This document shows, one piece after another, positions 53,401 through 64,000 of a stretch of 64,000 nt of DNA. The translations under genes and the position numbers were made by a program. The notes beneath the pieces were generated by a model. The model had not been told where the DNA came from. It searched no databases and saw nothing but the letters and a program-made list of their open reading frames with translations. This stretch comes from Eledone cirrhosa (taxonomy: Eukaryota), in the NCBI GenBank assembly GCA_964016885.1, contig OZ024740.1:284084001-284148000 (forward strand). The letters run 5' to 3'. Position 1 is the first letter of the stretch; every line of letters starts with the position of its first letter.

Positions 53401-54541
53401 TCTAAGCTTGGACTTGACAAAACATCCTAACTGTTAGGCTAACAATGGCATGAGAAAACAATATAGAACAGGCACATAAAAGAGAAAACTTTAAAAAAAT
53501 TGTGTGAGGGACAAGTATGACAGTATATATTGCTTCCAGAAAGGATAGGATGCAATGGATTTCAGCGAGGTACACAAGCATTTGAGAAAAATATCAATAC
53601 TGAGAACAGAGAACAAACTTTGGAGAGGAATAAATAAATAATTACACAAAAATGGATGGAGTACAGCAACACCCAACTTGTTGTGATGGTTGCATGGAAA
53701 AGTGACAACAGCACTCAGCCTGTTGTGATGGTTACATAGATAACTGATGGAAAAGTTGTGCTACAGAGTGTCCTAAAAGAACCTGGGCATGGCTGGGTAC
53801 AGAGGAGGTGGCAGTGTGAGTTTTGGGGGAGAGAGGGGAATGGAGACAAAGTGTTGGGACCAAAAGGGGGTTGTGGTGAGAAGGCAAGAAAGAGAGAGCA
53901 AGCAACATCTGGCAGTGCAGTGAAAGTGATAGGGGAAGATATTAGGTGGGTGGGGGAAGGACTATGGTGGGGGAGATCAAGTGTGTGAGGGGCAAAGACT
54001 AAGTGAAGAGAATAACTATGGATAGGAGTAGGTTCATGATATTAGTGTTTAACTCCAGATTTATTAATTTTAAGTTAGATGAAAAGTAGATGTCTCTAAA
54101 GATACTATGCCAAGCTTTCACATTCTTTAGAAAATTTGGTGCCCATACCTAACAATTATATGAGCTGAGGCATGTAGGCAGGGCCAAACTTTTACCTGCT
54201 GAGGCCTTAAGCTATATGAAATTTAGGGCCCTTCTCTAAAAACATTAGGGTAAAAAAAATTTAAATAATAATTTTTTATATCAATATTAATGATAAAGAT
54301 TAAATAACACACACACACAATATTTATATATATAAATATATATATATATATAATAATAATAATATTATTTATGTAAATATGTTTTGAAACAGTGAGCAGG
54401 TTTGAAATTAGAAAATAGAATCGCTTTCACCGTATTTTTTGACTAAAGAAATTTTAGTCTGATAATGGGGTTTAGAAACCTCAGATAAATGGAAAAAGAT
54501 GAGTATTGGCGTACATTATTTATACTTATATATAAACTATA

Positions 54542-55126
54542 TCTCTATATATAAAACTGAGGATATCTGTCCGTGTGTGTGTGTGTGTGTCTGTGAGTTT
54601 GAATCCCTAAAACTTGAGAAGTACCCAACCAATTTTTGATCTAGGATCAAAAATTCAACTTTTTGATCCGCATTAGGTGAAAAACTGCATTTTTTCCAGC
54701 TTTTTCGGGGTTTTTTTGAGGCATTACGTCAAACCGATTTCCTTGAAATTGTAACTATGTATTAATCAGTCTCAAACCGTGAGCAAAGCAAATACAACTT
54801 TTTTATGGCCTAGGGCCCGCATTAGGTAAACAACTTAATTTTATCACCTTTTTAGGGATTTTTTGAGGCGTTATGTCTAGCCGATTTTCCCAAAATTTCA
54901 AGGCATATTATATATATAAAAAAAATTTATTTTCTTGATCCCCTAGGTAAAAATCTGCATTTTTCCTGTTTCATCGAGGAAAATCTTAAAGATTATCCAG
55001 CCATTAGAGTATTCGGTTTATTTTCTTTACATATTGTCCAGGCGTGCAGTTTTTCCACAATTAGGTCTGTTGGCAGCCCGCATTCCAAAATACCTTATCC
55101 CGTGCAACGCCGGGTACGACCGCTAG
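54542..55126 (+). mobile_element. Non-autonomous Helitron
   Basis: A|TCTCTATATATAAAA 5' end, internal (TG)n and subrepeats, GC-rich subterminal hairpin (cccgtgcaacgccggg), CTAG|T 3' end. Confidence 0.85.
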
Positions 55127-55348
55127 TATAATTATAAACAGGAAAGGTCAGTATTTTTTAATTTTTTATCACCTTATTACCAGTATGGAAAATAGCTCAA
55201 TGTAAATACATGTAAATACATCAGATGTCTTACAGAGCAGGAGTATAAACTACAGAACAATCAAAGCTATGATTAATACATTTATGTATTAAACATAGCT
55301 TTGATTGTTCTGTACTTTATTTATATATATATACATATATATATACAT

Positions 55349-55381
<33 letters not shown>

Positions 55382-55585
55382 TATATATATACATATACAT
55401 ATATATATACATATATATATACATATATATATACATATACATATATATATACATATATATATACATATACATATATACATATATATATACATATACATAT
55501 ATATATACATATATATATACATATTTATATATATGCGACTACAATAACAGCATCAACACCATTGTCTGCAGCATCAGTGAAATGA

Positions 55586-55955
<370 letters not shown>

Positions 55956-56244
55956 CCAGCGTAAAGCAAACAATTATTATTATTATTATATAAAAACTGA
56001 ACTGGACTGGGAAAAGTCAACAGTTGACATCATTTTGACTTTGTATTTGTATCAGTACTGCCGGTAATATATATATATATATATATGTGTGTTTGTGTTT
56101 GTGAGTGGTGTGTGTGTTTATATGCATGAATGAGTGTTGGTATGTGAGTGGCGTGTGTGTGTTTGTGGTTTGTATGCATGAGTGTTGGTGTGTGAGTGTG
56201 TGTGTGTGTGTGCGTTGTGTCAATAAGTTTTTTTTTTTTTTTTT

Positions 56245-59200
56245 TAAATGACCATGCTGTAAAATGGAGGGGTAGAGAGGGCCCTTGAGTCTAGTAAGAC
56301 ATCCTCTCTAGTGCTGGTGGCACAAATAAAAGCACCCAGTCCATGCTGTAAAGTGGCGCTGGTGTTAAGAAGGGCATCCAACCAGTGTATCAATGCCAAA
56401 ACGCTTATCAGCACAGCAACAAATAGGAACAACAACAAAATATGAAGACATCGCATCTCAGAGTTGCAACACTTAATGTTGGCACTCTCAGAGGTAGATC
56501 TGCTGAAATAGCGGAGATGCTGGAGAGAAGGCAGGTGGATGTGCGCTGCGTGCAAGAGGTGAGATGGAGAGGTGCCTCTGCGAGACTAGTCGTAGGCAAA
56601 CGTCTTAGCTATAAGCTATTCTGGGTAGGTAAGGATGATGGGTTAGGGGGAGTAGGCATTTTCCTGGCTGAGAATGGATCAATAAGACAATAGAGGTAGT
56701 TCGAGTTAGTAATCGAATAATTAAGCTTAGATTAGTTGTAGGCAGGAAACTACTGACAATCATCTTGGCCTATGATCCCCAAGCAGGCCTAGGCAAAGAT
56801 GAGAAAGACTGCTTTTACGAGCAACTTTTACAAACAACCGCAATGACAGAGGACGGAGACATCGTTATGCTAGCAGGAGACTTCAAATAGTCATGTTGGA
56901 CAGCTCCAGGATGGTTACACTGGGGGTACATGGTGGGCACGGTTACGGCTCAAGAAATGAAGAAGGAGTGAGACTTCTTGAATTTTGTGATGCAGGTACA
57001 TTGACTATTTGCAACACAAACTTCCAGAAACCTGTCAATCACCTAATAACCTACAAATCTGGTGAGCACATAAGCCAGATTGACTTCTTACTATTTAGGC
57101 AGCGGGACAGGCAGATAGTGTCTAATACCAAGGAATACCCTGGGAAGAATGTACCCCACAGCATAGGTTAGTTGTTAGTGATATCTCAGTAAGCAAGAGA
57201 TGGAATGAGACATATAGGACGTGTGGAGAAGAAAGGTCTGGAAGCTAAAAGACCTTTCACTAAAATACAAATTTAGGAAAGCTCTTCAAGATGTATATGA
57301 CGAAAAAGAAGACGATTTAGAGATGTATGACATAGATAATAACTGGAATTTCTTACGTGACAACTTGCTGCAGGCTACTGATGAAACTTGTGGCTGGAGC
57401 AGAGCTCCAACCAGACAGAGAGTGACCTGGTGGTGGAACAGCACAGTAGATAAGGCCATTAGAGACAAACGACTAGCATGGAAGGCTTGGAAAAAGGGTG
57501 GGAGTAGGGACGAATATACAGCCACTAAGAGAGAAGCTAGACGTCAGGTGTACTTAGCATGCAGGGAGGCGGAGAGTAGGAGGTTTGCCAATGTTCTACG
57601 ACGGAAAGATCAGAGGTGTGCGGTGTTCCACATTGCAAGGCAGTGTGTCAATGCAAATCAGGATGTTGTTGGAGATAAATGTGTCCGGGATGATGCCGGT
57701 GTACTTAGTGTCACGAATGATCAGAAAAAGGAGGCCTGGAAATGTCATTATGAGAGACTGATGAATGTGGAGAACGAATGGGAGAGAGAAAAATTACCCT
57801 TAGTAGATCCGACAGAGGGACCAGCTATTGAGATTGACGAATATAGGGTCCAAGAGGCGATTAGGGAAATGAAAAATGGTAAGGCTGCTGGACCATTGGG
57901 AATAGTTGCTGAGATGCTGAAGGATCAGGGGACGTAGGCACTAAACTGCTTGCACGCATCATCAATCAGGCTATATATGGTGGTGTCATACCCAAAGACT
58001 GGTGCAGCAGTATTCTCATAAATTGCTACAAAGGTAAAGGGGATGCTCTGGAGAGGAGCAATTATAGGGGTATAAAAGTGATAGATCAGGTTATGAAAGT
58101 GGCAGAAAGGATATTAGCACAACTAATTAGAGAAAGGGTCAAACTAGATGAGCTGCAGTTTGGTTTTGTGCCTGGGAAGAGTACAACAGATGCCCTCTTC
58201 TTTGTGAGACAATTGCAAGAGAGGTTCTTAGAGAAAAATAAGCCACTATACTTAGCCTTTGTTGACCTAGAGAAGGCCTTTGATAGGGTACCCCGATCTG
58301 TCATCTGGTGGTCCCTAAGGAAGCTAGGTGTTGAGGGATGGCTTGTGAGGACAGTGCAAACTTTGTACAGAGGTACTCTCAGTAAAGTCAGGGTAGAAAT
58401 GGAGTTTAGTGAGGAATTCCAGATACAAGTAGGAGTACATCAGGGTTCGGTCCTCAGCCCGCTCTTGTTCATTATAGTCCTCCAAGCCATAACAGAGGAG
58501 TTTATGGCTGTTCATGGGAACTTCTCTATGCTGACGATCTGGTTCTTATAGCAGAATCAGTAGAGGAGCTAGAGAATAAATTCTGGCTATGGAAACAGCA
58601 GTTGGAAGCAAGAGGACTGAGAGTGAACCTAGCTAAGACAAAAGTGCTGATGAGTAGAAAAGAGGACAAAACCCTGATTCCGTCAGGGAAATGGCCATGT
58701 TTGATATGCAGAAAAGGAACTGGCATAAATTCTATAAAATGCACACAATGCAGATCCTGGGTACACAAGAGATGTAGCGGGATAGCAGGCAAACTAACAG
58801 GTAGGGAGAAATATGTATGCAGTAGATGTACAGAGAAATTAGATAGTAGAAGTCGCATTGATAGACACATTTTTCAAATGCAGGAGGGCGCTATAGAAGT
58901 GGTGGATAGCTTCCGGTACCTCGGAGATCAGATTAGCATGGGAGGAGGGTGTTCCGAGGCCATAGTATCTAGAATAAGGACAGGTTGGAAGAAGTTTAGG
59001 GAGCTGCTTCCTCTGTTGACGAAGAAGGGTTTCTCCCTGCGTACGAAAGGCCGGTTGTACGATGCCTGTGTGAGGAGCGCGATGCTGCATGGTAGTGAGA
59101 CATGAGCAACAACTGCAGAGGATATGCGACGGCTGGAGAGAAATGAGGCAAGCATGCTCCGTTGGATGTGCAGTGTAAATGTGCGTGAACGACCCAGCAT

Positions 59201-59520
59201 AAATGTGTTGAGATAGAAACTGTGCCTGAGAGGGATAGAATGTAGTGTACGGGAGAGGAGACTGAGGTGGTATGGACATGTGATGCGCATGGAGGATGAC
59301 CGATGGGTCAAGAAGTGCCAGGAAATGCCAGTTGAAGGAAGACGTGGTAGAGGTAGACCACGAAAAACATGGGCGGAGGTGGTGAGAACAGACCTCAGAT
59401 CATTGAAGCTCACGGTGGAGATGACGAAGGTCTGTGACGAGTGGAGAGATGCTGTGCTGAATAAGGCCCGTCCCACCCTTGCAAGCAGGGAAAAGCGGAC
59501 GTAAAATGATGATGATGATG
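56245..59520 (+). mobile_element. Near full-length RTE-clade LINE (APE endonuclease + RT + Cys-rich finger), inactivated
   Basis: LRVATLNVGTL..VQEVRW, AGDF, NEEG..LLEFC, SQIDF (APE); QFGF, FVDLEKAFDRVP, GVHQGSVLSP, LYADD (RT); WYGHVMRM, RGRPRKTW; (GAT)n tail. Several frameshifts and stops (e.g. 56888, 59103). Confidence 0.95.
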
Positions 59521-59635
59521 ATATATATATACATATATATATACATATACATATATATATATATATACATATATATATACACATATATATATATATACAT
59601 ATATATATACATATACATATATATATACATATACA

Positions 59636-60530
59636 TTAGAGAAGAAATTCCAAACTTGGAAGCAGGGACTAGAAAGAAAGGGTCTCAAAGTCAACATGAC
59701 AAAGACTAAGGTCCTTGTAAGTAGATGAGAAAACAGAACCCAGATCCCCTCAGGTAAATGGCCTTGCTCAGTATGTAGGAAAGGTGTAGGTAGGAACTCC
59801 ATTCTCTGCCCCAAATGCACACAAGAGATGTAGCGGGATCTCAGCAAGCTTAATTAAGAATGTAGGCTTCACATGCAGCAGCTATGCTGGGACAGCAAGC
59901 AGCAAACAGCCACAGGAAACAAATACCACCAATCTCTGGGAGGGCTCTGTAGAAACAGTAGACAGCTTCTGCTACCTAGGTTACCGAATTAACAGCGGAG
60001 GTGGGTGTTCAGAAAGTACAATAACTAGGGTAAGAACAGAATGAAAGAAGTTCAGGGAACTACTGCCACTTCTAGCTGCAAAAGGGCAGACTGTATGATG
60101 CGTGTATCCGAACAGCAATGTTACATGGTAGTGAGACCTGGGTGCTGTCTATAGAAGACTTGCGTAGATTAGAAAGAAACGAAGCCTGCATGCTCCGATG
60201 GCTGTGTAATAGTAATATACGCGAACGACAAAGCATAAATGAATTGAGAAAGAGACTGAGCATAAGAGGAATCAAATGCTGTGTGCAGGAGAGGCGGTAT
60301 CATTGGTATGGACATGTGATGCATATGAAGGATGACAGCTGCATAAAAAGGTGCAGAGCACTAGAAGTCAATGGAAACCGCGGAGTGGGGAGACCCAAGA
60401 AGACCTGGGATGAGGTGATAAAAGCCGACCTTACCCAATTACATCTCTCAAAGGCGATGACACACGACCGTGACCTCTGGCGTCACGCAGTAATACAGAG
60501 TACCCGACCTCCCATGGGTACAAGCTGAAG
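59636..60530 (+). mobile_element. 5'-truncated RTE LINE fragment
   Basis: [20 protein letters not shown]..., MLHGSETW...WYGHVMHM...GRPKKTW; contains stops and frameshifts. Confidence 0.9.
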
Positions 60531-60544
60531 CATATAGACAATAT

Positions 60545-60826
60545 GTCCCCACACACTCCCACTGCAAGGTGGTCGTGGAAGTGCCACGGCAAAAAAGCAC
60601 CCAGCCCACACTGTAAAGTGGACGTGTAGGCGCCACGGAAAAAGCACCCAGCACTCACTGTAAATGAGGTTGGTGTTAGGAAGGGCATCCAGCTGTAGAA
60701 ATCAAGCTAAAATCAGTTCCTGTATGAGCAAGGCATGGTCAGAAGACCAGACACTGCCCACAACGGGACAATCCGTCTAACCCATGCTAGCATGGAAGAA
60801 CGGACGTAAAACGGTGATGATGATGA
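60545..60826 (+). mobile_element. SINE family B body and tail
   Basis: Nearly the same body and tail as 32820-33076. Confidence 0.8.
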
Positions 60827-61039
60827 TACATATACATATATATATATACACATATATATACACACACATATATATATATACACATATATATACACACATA
60901 TATATATACATATATATATATATACATGTATATAAACATATATATACATATATATATAGACATATATATATATATACATATATATATATACACATATATA
61001 TATATATATATATACATATATATATACATGTATATATAC

Positions 61040-61086
<47 letters not shown>

Positions 61087-61187
61087 CATACATATATATA
61101 TACATATATATATATATACATATATATATATACATATATATATATACATATATATATATACATATATATATACACATATATATATAC

Positions 61188-61262
<75 letters not shown>

Positions 61263-61273
61263 CATATATATAC

Positions 61274-61320
<47 letters not shown>

Positions 61321-61337
61321 CATACATATATATATAC

Positions 61338-61368
<31 letters not shown>

Positions 61369-61453
61369 CATATATACTTACATATATATATATATACATA
61401 TATATATACATATATATATATATACATATACATATATATACATATATACTTAC

Positions 61454-61484
<31 letters not shown>

Positions 61485-61742
61485 CATATATATACATATA
61501 TACTTACATATATATATATATACATATATATATACATATATATATATATACATATATACTTACATATATATATATATATACATATATATATACATATATA
61601 CTTACATATATATACATATATATATACATATATATATATATACATATATATATACATATATACTTACATATATATATATATACATACATATATACTTATA
61701 TACTTACATATATATATATATATATATACATACATATATACT

Positions 61743-61774
<32 letters not shown>

Positions 61775-61779
61775 TATAG

Positions 61780-61810
<31 letters not shown>

Positions 61811-62295
61811 CATATATATATACATATATATATACATATATATATACATATATATATATACATATATATATATACATATATATATATACATATATATATA
61901 TACATATATATATACATATATATATATACATATATATATATACATATATATATATACATATATATATATACATATATATATATACATATATATATATACA
62001 TATATATATACATATATATATATACATATATATATACATATATATATACATACATATATATATATATATACATATATATATACATATATATATACATATA
62101 TATATACATATATATATACATATATATATATACATATATATACATACATATATATATACATACATACATATATACATACATATATACATATATATATACA
62201 TATATGTATACATATATATATACATATATATACATACATATATACATATATATATATACATATATATATACATATATATATACATATATATATAT
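60827..62295 (+). repeat. (TA)n/CATATA microsatellite, ~1.5 kb
   Basis: Read directly; shorter similar tracts at 55320-55532 and 59521-59635. Confidence 0.95.
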
Positions 62296-62652
62296 TTCGT
62301 TTCTGAATTTGTTTAGCAAGATTCTTTATCTGAAATCGTGTGTTGAAACCGATATTGTTATACTTTGGGAGGGTCATGTTGCCAATAAGAAACACACGCA
62401 CCAGTTGCTTTCACTTCAATTTATTATATATTTATAAATTTATAAACTTATAAATTTCTGGTTGGTTGGTTGGTTCCACAATCAGATAGTTGTTTATATA
62501 TATAGTCATAGTCCTTTCGTCACACACTCTGTGACCTCTTCAGTGACTGGGGATTCCTTTCTTCGTTTCTGTGCCTTTCCTTTCTTCTATCCTACGCCAT
62601 TTTGTTTCTGTGTGTGTGTTGTGTGCTCAGTTTGCACATGCGCCACATCCGG

Positions 62653-62699
<47 letters not shown>
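62296..62699 (-). mobile_element. Inverted non-coding terminal (pLTR-like) segment adjoining the Penelope-like RT
   Basis: Carries the minus-strand hammerhead; homologous to 25910-26100 (gtgttgaaac.gatattgttatactt..ggaggg.cat...ccaataaga...gcaccagttg). Confidence 0.6.
62504..62548 (-). ncRNA. Minimal type I hammerhead ribozyme in Penelope-like terminal repeat
   Basis: Minus strand: AGUCA-CUGAAGA-G-GUCACA(GAGUG)UGUGAC-GAAA-GGAC-UA-UGACU. 5-bp stem I, 6-bp stem II, 2-bp stem III. Confidence 0.7.
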
Positions 62700-64000
62700 T
62701 GATCATACGCCCCATCATTGAGATGTCCCCAGATGTGTGTGACAGCACGGAGGACCTCCTCAGCAGAATCGGCGCGGGTAACCAATCTGGGGACCTAACA
62801 AACTGCATAATAGGCAGTATGGATGTTGTGTCCCTGTATCCATCTATTGACGTGGATTTTGCTGTGGAGAAATGCGTAGAAATGATCAGCGAGAGCAAGG
62901 TTGAGTTCCGTGGGACTGATACCAGTGAGCTGGGACTTCTACTTAAGCTTACCCATAGTAATAGTTACCTAGACACTTATGACCTTAGCAACCTGTGCCC
63001 TACAAGACCAGCAAGAGGCAGACCACCTACCATTACCTCAATGGCCAAGAAAACCCACACAGATAGATGGAACGGGTGGACCAGAGCCATACGGACACCC
63101 GAAAACCACGATGAACTGAAGAAAATGATTGCACATGCGGTAGGGGCCAGCATAAAATTAACCCTTAAGGAACATATGTTCAAATTTAATGGTAAAACAT
63201 ATGCCCAAGAGGAAGGAGCAGCCATTGGTGTTAGCATTGCAGGCGACATAGCTAACTTATTCATGGTATGGTGGGACAGTAGACTTAAACAAAAACTTAA
63301 TGAACAATTAGAAGACAGCTTAACCCTGATAATGTACTCCCGCTACATAGATGATATAAACATCGTAGTTAAGACACCCCCACTAAAGAACAGTCAGGAA
63401 CTAGAGAAAAACACAATGGAAAGCATCCAGCAAATAGCAAACTCCATCCACCAGAGCATTAGAGTTACTATAGACTACCCAAGTAGACACCCCAACCATC
63501 GATTACCTGTACTAGACACAGAGCTCTGGTTAGATACCATTAACAACCAAAAACAAATCCTCCATTCCCATTATGCCAAACCCATGACTTCCAAACATCT
63601 GATCCACCGAAACTCGGCCATTTCGGACCATACCAAAATCAACATACTGATTGCGGATTTGGTACGGGTGATGAGAAATGTGTCCCGCATGTGCAACCCC
63701 GAAGAACTAGAGAGACACATACAACACTTCATCCACCGTATGCAGTTCTCTGGCTACAATTAGAGAGATAGAATCAGAGTGTATAAAGGAGGCAGAACCA
63801 AATGGGAAAAAATGGTAAATAATGACATAAATGGGACCTGCCCCTTGTATAGGAGCAAATTTTGGAATAGAATAGAAAGAACTAGGAACAAGGCCAATAG
63901 AATAAACTCATGGTATGATAGCAATAAATACCAGAGTGTAATGTTCATCAATACAACCCCTAGAGGCGAACTAGCCTACAAATTTAGAAGGGCCCTAAAT
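62700..64000 (+). mobile_element. Penelope-like retroelement RT (Naiad-like), 5'-truncated, one in-frame TAG, runs off window
   Basis: Motifs GSMDVVSLYPSID, YAQEEGAAIG..IAGDIANLFM, RYIDDI, LPVLD, HYAKPM, MQFSGY. The frame stays open after the TAG at 63761-63763 (..GTCPLYRSKFW..VMFINTTPRGEL). Confidence 0.85.

Noticed and set aside
56442-59504. Active RTE LINE
   Set aside because: Multiple frameshifts and premature stops split the ORF.
60713-62437. YI/HT-rich ORFs of 190-500 aa
   Set aside because: (TA)n/CATATA microsatellite artefacts.
63761-63763. Selenocysteine or programmed readthrough in the PLE ORF
   Set aside because: The codon is TAG, not TGA; a point mutation is the simpler explanation.

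Overview
AT-rich, repeat-dense animal genomic DNA. The SINE, RTE-LINE and microsatellite content resembles an octopod cephalopod; this is inferred from recalled repeat consensus and was not checked by search. One host gene is visible on the minus strand: an MCTP (multiple C2 and transmembrane domain) gene. Its phase-compatible GT-AG exons are 49898-49770, 23400-23295, 4110-3888 and 2730-2622, with a possible 39-nt microexon at 1666-1628. They encode a short N-terminus and the complete C2A domain. Nearly all long ORFs in the track are simple-repeat artefacts. Introns and upstream DNA hold many mobile elements: about 20 copies of one SINE, a second RTE-tailed SINE, a near full-length dead RTE LINE, fragments of RTE, Vingi-like, L1/Tx1 and REL-type LINEs, hAT, piggyBac and mariner MITEs, a Helitron, and a Penelope-like (Naiad-type) RT. 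The most unusual signals are: two hammerhead-ribozyme folds, one on the sense strand of the MCTP intron and one in an inverted segment beside the Penelope-like RT; an exactly 84 x 41-bp satellite grown inside a LINE coding fragment; a 385-bp, ~99%-identical intronic inverted duplication; a twin-priming-like RTE inversion; and a 9.9-kb TG/TCTA array with a 1368-bp higher-order duplication.
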